A stretch of DNA of 64,000 nucleotides, from NCBI RefSeq assembly GCF_006345805.1, contig NC_043002.1, positions 54,746,001 to 54,810,000 of the forward strand, written 5' to 3'. The stretch comes from Octopus sinensis (Eukaryota). Under the pieces are notes generated by a model, which searched no databases, had not been told where the DNA came from, and saw only the letters and a program-made list of their open reading frames with translations. Every line of letters starts with the position of its first letter. Positions within the stretch are counted from its first letter, which is position 1. Shown piece by piece: positions 1-11,124 of this stretch. The position numbers and the translations under genes are program-made.

Positions 1-160
1 CAGAACCCATCCTACAATATAATTATCATCCAATAGAGCTCCACCTACTCCAGTAAAGTGAAACTTACAAGAAACTGTAGAAAGCAAAAACGAACTCAAA
101 CGTACCACAGTCCGATGAAGAATAAGACGAAACTTCGAAGTCAATGCCAACACTTTTTGC
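1..160 (+). mobile_element. Probable 3' end of a Penelope-like element: ORF tail plus 3' region with a hammerhead motif
   Basis: Begins QNPSYN, similar to the GIY-YIG C-terminal P-x-x-N motif, followed by CCGATGAAG...CGAAAC at 112-133. Confidence 0.45.
107..146 (+). ncRNA. Minimal hammerhead ribozyme-like motif (family D)
   Basis: CCGATGA-A-G(aataaga)C-GAAAC-TTCGAA-GTC-AATG; helix III is the palindrome ACTTCGAAGT; GUC cleavage triplet; helix I degenerate. Confidence 0.55.
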
Positions 161-258
161 AAAAAGAATAATATGTATATAGTTCTATATTTGAGAGATG
201 TGGAATTATTTATATTATTTACATTTGACGGATATTTGTCCCCGTCTTGTTTATTGTT

Positions 259-304
259 AACACAACGTTTCGGCTGATATACCCTCCAGCCTTCATCAAG
301 TATC
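259..304 (-). ncRNA. Minimal hammerhead ribozyme motif (family A, C3U variant)
   Basis: Minus strand reads GATAC-TTGATGA-A-GGCTG(gagggtatat)CAGCC-GAAAC-GTT-GTGTT. Confidence 0.65.
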
Positions 305-375
305 TTGGGGAAATTTCGAACCCGGGTTCTCATTCCTAAGGTATTGTTGTTGTAGTTGTTATTATTATTATTATT

Positions 376-462
376 CTATGTTTGACTTTTGCTTTATATT
401 TGTACAAGTTGGCTTCAAGTCTCACCCAGAGACCTCAAGAGACAACAGGTTGGAAGTTCGTG
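376..462 (-). mobile_element. 3' end of a Dong/R4-like non-LTR element inserted in (TAA)n
   Basis: Ends AAAGTCAAACATAG-(AAT)n on minus; a similar end (AAAGTAAACATAG) follows the Dong-like ORF tail at 57480-57790. Confidence 0.5.
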
Positions 463-478
463 TATTATTATTATTATT

Positions 479-1036
479 GAGTGAGAGAGCAGTTCATGCC
501 ATCAAAGTGACACTGGGGTAAAATATACGAAGCCCAATATACCCATCATGACTACCCGTCTGATAAGGGTACACCAGGCACATGCATCACAACCATATGT
601 GCGCGACATGGTGATCTTATATCAAGATAAACAGCACATGACCTTGCAGGTGGAGCCCAGTAAGAATTTTCTTCAGGTTGAGTAGCCCATCCCGCTCAAA
701 AGGTCCCTGAATAAGGGTTGTTTAAGGATGTTGAAAGAACCACCCATGTTTCCAGAGGTGAATTATTCAAACCCCAAAGAATCCCTCTCAACACATGGCT
801 ATGATGCTCCCCCACTACTTCTGCTCGTGATCAGAGATGCACATATCGTCAGCCACTAAGGGACATGCTCAACTGGTTAAGGTCAAACAACTGACAAGCA
901 AATCTGTGGTATTGAGCAGAATATTTGCTGTAGCCCATCTTTTATACCAAAACAAAACAATGTACATGATAACACTTCCAATCAGTTAAGATCAGAAGCC
1001 ATGAGAGCCACTGCCTGGTACTGCATCAGGGCATTT
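479..1036 (-). mobile_element. About 555-bp non-autonomous retroelement flanked by (AAT)n, possibly Dong/R4-dependent
   Basis: Other copies at about 51360-51560 and 57035-57465 in opposite orientation; ends CACTGCTCTCTCACTC-(AAT)n. Confidence 0.7.
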
Positions 1037-1136
1037 ATTATTATTATTATTATCATTATTATTATTATGCCTGGAATCGAACTCTGAATCTTGGGGTTAG
1101 TAGCCTGCGCTCTTAACCACTACACCATATGCCCAA

Positions 1137-1182
1137 GACACCTGATGAAGGGTGGAGGGTATATCAACCAAAATGTTGAGTT
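1137..1182 (+). ncRNA. Degenerate family A hammerhead
   Basis: GACAC-CTGATGA-A-GGGTG...CAACC-AAAAT-GTT; GAAAC is mutated. Confidence 0.4.
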
Positions 1183-1509
1183 AACAACAAACAAAATGAG
1201 GACAAATATCCGTCAAATGTAAATAGTATGTATGTATGTATGTATGTATGTATGTATGTACGTACGTATGTATGTATGAGGGTGTTCGTGTTAGAGTATG
1301 TATGAATATATATGTGTATGTCTATACACACAATACATAATTACGCATGAGTGTGTATGTTCACACGGGCATAAATGCATATCTATGTGTGTATAATTGT
1401 ATCTATGTACTATAATGATACTCATGGCTTAATCTAACCGTTTAGATTAGATTAAAATCAAGCAGACACACCAGCTGAGTTTTCTTGGTAATGTGTTTGG
1501 ATGAACTCA

Positions 1510-1545
<36 letters not shown>

Positions 1546-1637
1546 GATACATGAATATATTCACATTAATATGTATGAAAGAGAGAGAGATAGAGAATCG
1601 ATTTAGGCATGTATATGTATATAAATATGTATACATA

Positions 1638-1674
<37 letters not shown>

Positions 1675-1862
1675 CATATGTATGAAGTGCGCGCACGCAC
1701 ACACACACACAGAGTAGGTTACTTTCGTCGCTCTACATCAATGCTTCATCCTCTCTCTCTCTGCAAGATTCCAGTTTGTGTATCGGGTTCCAATTACGTG
1801 TTCTTCGTAACAGCAAGTTGGTAAGCTTCTACACATTCGCTTTTTGGTATTGTATACAATAG

Positions 1863-2389
1863 ATACACCTGCTGCTGCTGCTGTTGTTTTTTTATTTCTT
1901 ATCTCCATTACCGACACCTACGGAACGGTCCCTTAAAGAAATAACAGAAGAAAAGTGAAGAACTTTCAACCTCTTTGTCGCGACATCGAACACTATATTT
2001 CTTGATTTTCCTACGAAATATACCTGGCAATATCACCTTTTAAAAACTTTTATTTACGGTTAAGCTTCTCGAGGTGAAAAGACAGAATTGTTCTCTGGTG
2101 ACTTATTATGTGTAGGAAGTGTCAACTGGGATGAAATTTAATTCATTTTTTATTCTTAGTCTTTTTCGATGAAAAACAAGAAAATACGAATAAAAAAAAG
2201 TGGGGGACGAAAGTTAAATAACATCTTTGAAAATCCTTTTGAAGTTACATCAGTCTGTGGGAAGGAATTTTATCTTGAATACGATTAAAGTGCAGAGCAA
2301 ATAGCAAAGCAGGTATTATGCCTTTTGAAAGAAACAATTTAGTTACTTCCAGCGAAATGACTTACCGAAATGAACCAAGCGAATTCCAG
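1863..2389 (+). other. Putative 5' exon with a short ORF (ATG at 2318, MPFERNNLVTSSEMTYRNEPSEFQ); start coordinate uncertain
   Basis: Unique CpG-retaining sequence ending in a strong donor, CAG|GTAAGA at 2389/2390. Confidence 0.45.
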
Positions 2390-2925
2390 GTAAGAGAATA
2401 TAACTTAGAATTTTTTAAAATTTAGTTTTGGTTATTTATTTATATATATATAAACAAATAAATACGGCATTTTTTTTTTTTTTTGTCATTGACCAAAAAT
2501 ATTTATGAAAACTTTTCGAAGTTATGAGATAACTTTAAACAAATTGTCGTGTGTGTGTATGTATGTGTGTGTATTATATATATATAATGTTATTGTTCTG
2601 CATGTGCTAATAATACGTCAGAATCAGAGTTCGTTTTGTTTTCATGTGAAAATAAAACAAAATATGAAAATATTCATAACAGGTATTTATAAAATTGTTT
2701 TTTTTTTTAAATATATTTTTCCGTTTTCAAATTCCAAGGACTTTCAGTTTGTCACACATCGAACATTTTGCTGTTTTTTTTTTTTTTTTTCTAAATATAT
2801 TATAAACGATTAGATATTTCTAAAACAGAAATTATATTTCTTTCTCTAATTGTACTTTTTCTCCAACTCTCGTCCTATTTCGTTACATATAAATTCGGTT
2901 TACGTATTAAACCGGTTTCATACAG

Positions 2926-3049
2926 CTGGTCAAGCTCTCCAAGCGCCTTGGTACCCGTCTCGGTGCAACGTCTCCCAAGGAATGCACGAATATCTAACAA
3001 CTTGTAGATCTCTCCACCTATAATTTCTTTTTATCTGATTCGGCCAGAT
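2926..3049 (+). other. Putative 124-nt internal 5' exon
   Basis: Acceptor tttcatacag| and strong donor GAT|GTAAGT; stop codons in all three frames. Confidence 0.5.
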
Positions 3050-3380
3050 GTAAGTATTTCTTTTATTAATTTTTTTCCCCCCATGTTATTGAAATCATCT
3101 AGCCTTCAATTTCTCCGGGGGTTATTAATATAAATATTATTCATTTCATTAAACCTGCTTGAATTATCTTTAGTAAAGGGGAAGAGGACCGATTCGACAG
3201 AAAGTGGATAATTATTATTGCTGCTGTTTTCGTCACAGCTGTTGTTCACTGCTGTCCGGGAATATGATAAGACGGCAGAATTACAGTTTGATGCCCCGTT
3301 CCGAATTTGCTTCCTCATAACTTTTGAAATTATTTATATTTAATGAAATGTTTGCTGAACTACATTTTCAAAGGTATAGA

Positions 3381-3478
3381 GGCGAAGGTAAAGACTCCGT
3401 ACACCCGGTGTTTATGATTAAGGGTTAGGGTTTTTGTTACGCCGAAAACCGGTTGTGTACGTATTCTTTACCTCCGCC
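3381..3478. mobile_element. Small MITE with an internal TTAGGG motif
   Basis: Imperfect TIR GGCGAAGGTAAAGACTCCGTACAC / GTGTACGTATTCTTTACCTCCGCC. Confidence 0.55.
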
Positions 3479-3726
3479 GATATAGATTACAATTTTGCTG
3501 ATGAAAATGTCTTTTAAAAATAATCAGTTGATATCCTTTTAAACCGTTCTAATAGGTGCAGGCTGTGTGGTAAGAAGTTTGCTTCCCAACCACATGGTTC
3601 CGGCATCATTCCCAGTGTGTGTGACACTTTCTCAAACTTTCCACTGTCAAAGACCCCTTTTATTTAAATGAGTTTTCCCACGGATTCCATTTAATAATGC
3701 CTATTATATATATACACACACACATA

Positions 3727-4145
3727 CAAGTCGTCATCAACTTAGGACTAATCTGACTTACGGCTCATAGACTTTACGACTATTGGTGCGCCAGCTCCCG
3801 GCAGCAATAATAAATAGTCTAATGGGTTCCGTCTACGGATGATGTCATCTGACAAACGCTTCCCCTAGGTTTGGTTATCGATCGCCACTGTGGTTATCCA
3901 AAATGCTGGATGACTATCCTGTTGTGGAGGCATCGAGGCAACCTCGTATTTGTTTATAAGACGACTGCTTGAGGTTCCGGAATTTTTGACTAACGCCAGT
4001 ATAATACAGAATGCTTTGTGTGACTTTTACCTGAGAATGTACCTCAAGAATGTAAAAAAATATAAAACAAAGCAATGTAGACCTTTAGGCCAACTTACCA
4101 CCGGTAAGTCGGAGCTAATTGTGGTCGTAAGTCGACGACGACCTG
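3727..4145. mobile_element. Tc1/mariner (Tigger/pogo-like) MITE
   Basis: TA flanks; TIR CA(A/G)GTCGTC(A/G)TC(A/G)ACTTA at both ends. Confidence 0.75.
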
Positions 4146-4174
4146 TATATATATATACATACATACATACACAC

Positions 4175-4214
4175 GCACTTCTGTGGAAGAGCGTTGGCTC
4201 GAAACGTTAAAGAC
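4175..4214 (+). ncRNA. Hammerhead-like motif (family B) at the start of a Penelope-type short repeat (4170-4300)
   Basis: CTGTGGA-A-GAGC(gttg)GCTC-GAAAC-GTT-AAAGAC; related repeat copies at 11595-11690 and 23465-23560 (both minus). Confidence 0.5.
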
Positions 4215-4299
4215 TTTTTCAATTCCCGAGCGTTATACTAATACATCTGTTTGTTTTCTACACCACCTGTCTTCGTCTTTGGTTTTTTTCGTGAATTAC

Positions 4300-4350
<51 letters not shown>

Positions 4351-5501
4351 AGAGTATTGTAGTTCGCTTGAAGTATTGTGTAGTGTGTGTAAAGAATAAA
4401 AAGTTTTGAATGGTACAACAATGCACTATAATACAATCAATGGACTATATACCTGTTGTAATTTAGTCATCCATAGTCTGATTATCAAAATGGGACAACA
4501 AAGCATCCAGATAGACGATACAAAGAAAACAAGGACGGGGTCATTCGAAGTTTTCTTTCCTCAGTCAAGTACCAGATTATCTTCGCAATTTCATATATAT
4601 ATATATGAAATTGTGAATTTAGTTCAAAGACCCTCAGTACTACCTTTGCAGATCACAGGTTAGGAACCACTGTGCTATAGCCTGTGACTGACCAAAGCCT
4701 TGTGAATAGACTTGGTAGACGGAATCTGAAAGAATCCCATCGTGTGTGTGTGTTTCTTCTACTACCGCTTGGTAACTGATGTTGGTGTGTTTATGTCCCT
4801 GTAACTTAGTGGTTCGATAAAAGAATAGGAATTTGTTATTAATCATTGTACACATTGAAACACTGTAAACATTATCCTCATTAATATCATCCATTAAGAA
4901 CATGAAATTAGAAGACACAATAGAAAAAAGAAAAAAATCCCGTTTTGTGTTTAACCTACAATTATACAAATGCAAGTTTTACTGACTACTTTCATTTCGT
5001 ATTTATAATAATGATAACCGGGTTAATACAGTTTTATTTTCTGTTGTGCAATAATAATGTTAAGTTGGCGATCCTTGTGTGTCCGCTTTCATTTTATTAG
5101 TTAACATTGCAACTTACATTATATTTGTTGCCCTATGAACAAGAATTTATACCAGTTTGTACTACAACTTAGGAATTTCTGAAACTTTGAAATAATTTAA
5201 ATAATTCTCCTTCACGAAACTTTCGGTCCTTCAATTACTTTGCAACTGCAGACGATTAAAAGTGAGAAGGTATATACTCATGTTTTGATTTTCGGTTTCT
5301 GTAACTAAACCTATATACAGACATATATGATTACTTGTCACCCAAAATTAATATTATGTTACGGCTTGGCCGACGTACACATTTAATTTTATCGCTATAA
5401 TTTCTCTTTCCGAAAAAAGTTGTATTTTTGCCTTCCTATCAAGATTTAGCTGTATATATTCAATATTTCGTCTTTTAAAATTGAAATGTTATGGTTTATC
5501 C

Positions 5502-5649
5502 CAGTGATTCCCAACCTGGGGTCTACGGACCCCTTGTAGTCTGCGGGTCCGTAAATTAGATTCAAAATTTCATATATACACATACGGATAAGCATATTAA
5601 AAGGGGTCTGTGGAAAAACTCATTTGAATAAGAGGGTTGGAAACCACTG
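5502..5649. mobile_element. hAT (Charlie-like) MITE
   Basis: CAGTGATTCCCAAC...GTTGGAAACCACTG; degenerate 8-bp TSD GTTTATCC/GTCTCTCC. Confidence 0.75.
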
Positions 5650-5799
5650 GTCTCTCCAGTTTAGCTAAGTTCAGTATTTCAGTTTACAGATTAACTGTGA
5701 ACTTTGGCAGCGGGGGTGAGGGGTGTGCGCTTGGAGTTAATAAATTTTTATAGTATTCTTTACAATTTGTTATTGTGTTGTTACTTTGGAATCCACTAT

Positions 5800-5933
5800 A
5801 CAGGTGTGGCAAGAAACTTGCTTGCCAACCAAATGGTTCCAGGTTCACCTTGGGCTAGTGTCTCCTACTATAGCCACGGGCCAACCAAAGCCTTGTGAGT
5901 GGGTTTAGTAAACGGAAACTGAAAGAAACCCGT

Positions 5934-5988
<55 letters not shown>

Positions 5989-6620
5989 TTGTTTGTTCCC
6001 TACCACCGCTTGACACCGCAGTTCGGCAAAAAACCGATAGAATAAGTACTAAGCTTCTAAAAATAAGTTCTAGGGTCGATTTATTCGACTAAAACCCTTC
6101 AAGGCGGTGCCCCAGTATGGCCGCAGTCTAATGCCTGAAACAGGTAAAAGAAAAGAACACATATACATACATATATATTTATACATATATATATTCTTTA
6201 TACATATATATATATATATATATAGTCATACACACATATATACACACATGCAGGCGTGGCTATGTGGGTAGGCACAGTCGTGGCCGTGTGATAAGTAGCT
6301 TGCTTACCAATCACATGGTTCCAGGTTCAGTCCCACTGCGTAGCACCTTGGGCAAGTGTCTTCTACTATAGCCTTGGGCCGACCAAAGCCTTGTGAGTGG
6401 ATTTGGTAGACGGAAACTGAAAGAAGCTCGTTATGTGTGTGTGCGTGTGTTCCTGTTTGTCTCCCTCCATTCGCTTGACATCCGATGTTGGTGTGTTTAC
6501 GTTTCCATAACTTAGTAGAATAAGTACTGGGCTTACAAAAGAATAAGTTTTGGGGTTGATTTCTTCGACGAAAGGCGGTGCTCCAGCTTGGCCGCAGTCA
6601 AATGAGTGAAATAAAAGTAT
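5800..6620 (+). mobile_element. Two copies of tRNA-derived SINE family 1 (about 400 bp, with an internal microsatellite)
   Basis: Head GGCTGTGTGGTAAG...GGTTCAGTCCC, body GCACCTTGGGCAAGTGTC, tail GGCGGTGCTCCAGCATGGCCGCAGTC; other copies near 27960, 31600 (minus), 33160, 37962-39245, 43220 (minus), 51680. Confidence 0.85.
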
Positions 6621-6806
6621 ATGTATATTTATATACTAGCAGAAAGACCGCCATCCGGGCGGTTTTCTGCTAGTCCCTTGATAATTTCACGATCTACAAA
6701 CATCACGGTAGTCCAACAACAGAAGGAGAAACAGTTTGTCAAGTTTTACCTTCTCCTCAAAGCAACATAGAGATTTCAATTAAGCAGCCCTTCTGTAAAC
6801 TTTGCA

Positions 6807-6838
<32 letters not shown>

Positions 6839-7395
6839 GGGGGAGAACATTGCAAACAAATAATGAAATAAACATGAAATGAAAAAAAATCGTATAAATA
6901 AGAGGGCATTACTACAGATGTATACGCCCCTGACTTAATATCAAAGTGCTCCAGCATGGCCACAGTCAAATGACTGAAGCAAGTAAAAGAGTAAAAGAAT
7001 TTTCAGAGGGAAAAGTGATTTAAAGGCGATTTGGCTGTTGTTTCTAGCACATCCAAAGACAACCCTTCTTGTTTCTTTATCACTCTCACATGTATTGCTG
7101 TTTTTCAGTATCACCCCCACCATAATTACATTTATTTGCTATAAAAAAGAAAATTTGAGAAATTATGAATTTTTTGCAACCCCACTCCCTGCCCCCGATT
7201 GTTTCTGTTGAGAAATTAAAATATTGGCGAGCTTGAGAAGGTCATTGCTGGCATTTATCCACAGTGACTTCAAAAATTACGGAGATGTACTTGCATAGCA
7301 AGTGGCTTGATCTGAGGTCGTGTGCTGAAACAAAAACAATTGCAGCGTAGGTGTTTGTAATCCATTCAAGAACACACAGAAACCGTTAGTTTCAC

Positions 7396-7559
7396 GGCAC
7401 TACTTAAATACAGGGGTCCTGATGTGATATGAAAGAGAGGGTTAGTTTTTAGGGTTAGGGTGTCATTACACGTCCACACAGCGTACATTTAAAATGTTTT
7501 GTATGTGACACCTGTATTTATGTTGTATCGTTAAGGGACCTCTGTATTTAAGTGGTACC
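7396..7559. mobile_element. MITE with a 24-bp TIR and internal TTAGGG-like repeats
   Basis: GGCACTACTTAAATACAGGGGTCC / GGACCTCTGTATTTAAGTGGTACC. Confidence 0.6.
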
Positions 7560-7679
7560 AGTTTCACTTCAACATTAAAATTTCATCTGTGCCAAAATAT
7601 TTTCTTCACTTTGAAACCGCGACCTGTTCACTGACAAAACTTCGCAAAAGTGATGCAACACGAAGTTTTGTCAGTCATC

Positions 7680-7711
<32 letters not shown>

Positions 7712-8529
7712 TTCATTGCTTTTCATTGTGCGCGCGAGTGTGCCACTGTTGAAGTCGCTTGTGCAACTTGTTTGTGTAGATATTTGGCTTAGTGGTACAG
7801 AGTGTTTGGAAACTGTGAATAAGATGCAAGTTTCAAGTACTTTTCGGTAACTTTTATTTTTCCCCTCGTCTTCTAATAGTAATTACCTAACTTTCTAGGC
7901 TTTTCTCACAGCTATCCCGCGTTCAAAAATTATACGGGTATTTAAAAAATTTCCATTCAATAAATGGTAACTTACGTATACGTTAATTGAATAAACTGTC
8001 GGTTTTCCAAACAGCGAATGAAAACAAGCGATTCAACTGAAAAAAATATCTTTAGAAATCAAAAAAAAAAAAAGTTTACGGAAATTGGTGAACAAATAAC
8101 TTCACTTTTGATTGATTTTCTCTGAAAGATCGCAATTTTGCCAGCCGCCATACGTTGTTCCTTTGATTACCGATTGAATGAAAGCAGAGAGGGGGGAACA
8201 AAAAAAGGCGGAAAATCTTCAACATGATCTTCATCTGCATCTTCGAAAATGTATCGGAAAATTTCCAGTAATTCAATACAAATTATGAAAAGAATTATGA
8301 AGAACTAAGGTTAGTGGTGCACCAAAATGTAGCGATACCCTAATAAATTTTCGGTTAATTTTAATTACTAATTTCGATTTCAAGTTGTAAATATTTCTTT
8401 GCGACAAGTTGGCAGTGGCGCTCGGCGTTCTGCTGCTGCCACTATGAAGTTGGTCCTTGTAGCGAAATGAAATAATAATAATGATTTCCAACTTTGGCCC
8501 AAGGCCAGCAATTTTAGTGGGTTGAGAAC

Positions 8530-8840
8530 GAGTCATTTATGCCGAGCCGAAGTGCCCGACCGGTACTTAATTTATCGACTCCGAAAGGATGAAAGGTAAA
8601 GTCGACCTCGGTGGAATTTGACGATGATGATGATGATGATGATAATAATAATAATAATCCTTTCTATAGACAAGGCTTCAAACTTTTTTGGCGGGGAAGG
8701 GTTAAATCGATTATATCGACCCCGGAAGGATAAAAGGCAAAGTCGACCTCGGCGGAATTTGAACCCAGGATGTAAAGACGGAGGAACTCCCGTTAAGCAT
8801 TTTGCCTGGCGTGCTAACGTTTCTACCAGCTCGCCGCCTT
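8530..8840 (-). mobile_element. tRNA-derived SINE family 2 (GGCGGCGAGCTGG head; core resembles the Nin-type domain)
   Basis: Core GCCGAGGTCGACTTTGCCTTTCATCC; other copies at 14935-15137, about 20000, 27150, 30875-31560, 32020, 32730, 34040-35150, 47185, 59355-59565. Confidence 0.8.
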
Positions 8841-9644
8841 ACTACGAATAATGGCGATGATAATGATAGTGCTTCACGGTATATCATTTCTGTATATCTA
8901 CTATGAACTAGTATGCTAGTGTGTTGCGTAAGTGCGCTGGCATTTTGCCTGACAGTGCTGCTATTTGTGTATTTTGTGTAGGTTTCATAATTATGCTACC
9001 ATCTCGATCGTAGGTAGCTTCAGTAATTTCTTCTCTCTATTAAACCGAGAAGTGCCTACTTCTGTTATAACTGGGTTTTATTCAATTATTTTTTTTTTTT
9101 ATTGCTCTCCTCTTTATTTCTATTGTATTTTCTACTTGCCCTGTATTAGTTATAAACCTGTAGATCGTTATTATGCAACTTCGTCAAGTACGAACTTGTT
9201 CTGGTGCCATTGGTTACAGTGGAAGCCGTGAGAAATGCCTCGTTCCAAAATATATAAGTACATAATGCTTCTTCTGGCTGATATTGCAGACTCTGAAACG
9301 AGATCGACAAAACAAAATACATACAAATACACACACACTCATACACACGTCTGGATGCACGTCTGTCTGTCTTCTGTCTCTCCCTCTGTCTCTCCCTCTC
9401 TCACTCACACACACACACACACGGCCCATCGTAAAAGAGACACAGAGAGCACGATTGGGTCAGGTAAGTTCTTTTGAAGTTGGCGTGTTCTGTGTGTGTG
9501 TGTGTGTGTGTGTGTGTTTGATGGGGTGTGCGTGACAGAAAGGGTGGTGTGTATGTGAAGTTATTTTGTTACTGTATGTGAAGAGAGAGCAATGGAGCTG
9601 GTGTGTGTGTGATAGAGAAAGATTATGTATGTATATATATATAT

Positions 9645-10626
9645 ATATATACACATCTATGTATCCATCTATGTTTATATATATGTGTGTGTGTGTATAT
9701 ATGTATATGTACAGCTATGTAAGTATATATACATATAATCTTTATATATATAATATATACACATCTATGTATATATATGTACATCTATCTATCTATATAT
9801 ATATATGTAGGTATGTATTTATATGTATATGAATATATATGTAGATCTTGTATGTATGTGTGTATGTATGTATGTATATATATAATATATATATACACAC
9901 ACACACACACACCTATATATATGTGTGTGTGTGTGTCACTGAAGCCATTCAAACATACATAAATACATACATACAAAAGTGAATAAAAAAAATTTCGGTT
10001 AGCTCTCTCTCTCTCTCACACATGCACACACACCAGCACCATTGCTGTGTCTCTTCACACACACTAACAAAAATAACTTCACATATACACCACACTTTCT
10101 GTCTTGCACACCCTATCAAACACACACACCGGCACGCCAACTTCTAAAGAACTTCCCTGATCCAATCGCGCTTTCTCTGTCACTTTCGCTTTTACGCCGA
10201 CTTCAAAAGATCCCGTTTCCCCCCACCCCACATATGTAAAAAAATAAAATTTTACGGTATGCGACGATCTTCTTCAGAAACAAACAAATACACATGTTTT
10301 GAGAAGTGATAGACATTGTGCCCATACCGAAAGATCACTATATATATATATATACCTGTCTTCATATATATGTGTATATGTATATATATATATATAATAT
10401 ATACACATCTATGTATCCATCTATGTTTATATATATGTGTGTGTGTGTATATATGTATATGTACAGCTATGTAAGTATATATACATATAATCTTTATATA
10501 TATAATATATACACATCTATGTATATATATGTACATCTATCTATCTATATATATATATGTAGGTATGTATTTATATGTATATGAATATATATGTAGATCT
10601 TGTATGTATGTGTGTATGTATGTATG

Positions 10627-10663
<37 letters not shown>

Positions 10664-11124
10664 CTATATATATGTGTGTGTGTGTGTCACTGAAGCCATT
10701 CAAACATACATAAATACATACATACAAAAGTGAATAAAAAAAATTTCGGTTAGCTCTCTCTCTCTCTCACACATGCACACACACCAGCACCATTGCTGTG
10801 TCTCTTCACACACACTAACAAAAATAACTTCACATATACACCACACTTTCTGTCTTGCACACCCTATCAAACACACACACGGCACGCCAACTTCTAAAGA
10901 ACTTCCCTGATCCAATCGCGCTTTCTCTGTCACTTTCGCTTTTACGCCGACTTCAAAAGATCCCGTTTCCCCCCACCCCACATATGTAAAAAAATAAAAT
11001 TTTACGGTATGCGACGATCTTCTTCAGAAACAAACAAATACACATGTTTTGAGAAGTGATAGACATTGTGCCCATACCGAAAGATCACTATATATATATA
11101 TATACCTGTCTTCATATATATGTG

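Larger units (their letters stand above)
178..1226 (-). mobile_element. tRNA-head / Penelope-hammerhead-tail composite element, split by two nested insertions
   Basis: Tail 178-343 (minus), (ATT)n tract, tRNA-like head 1068-1133 (minus), inverted partial tail 1132-1226 (plus); same layout as 46571-46886. Confidence 0.7.

Noticed and set aside
990-1036. Possible HDV-like ribozyme at the 5' end of the 555-bp element
   Set aside because: Only a simple hairpin could be formed; the nested double pseudoknot could not be traced.
3106-3318. Minus-strand 70-aa N/S-rich ORF (MRKQIRNGASN...)
   Set aside because: No recognisable domain, only a weak donor, and it lies antisense to the putative plus-strand 5' region.
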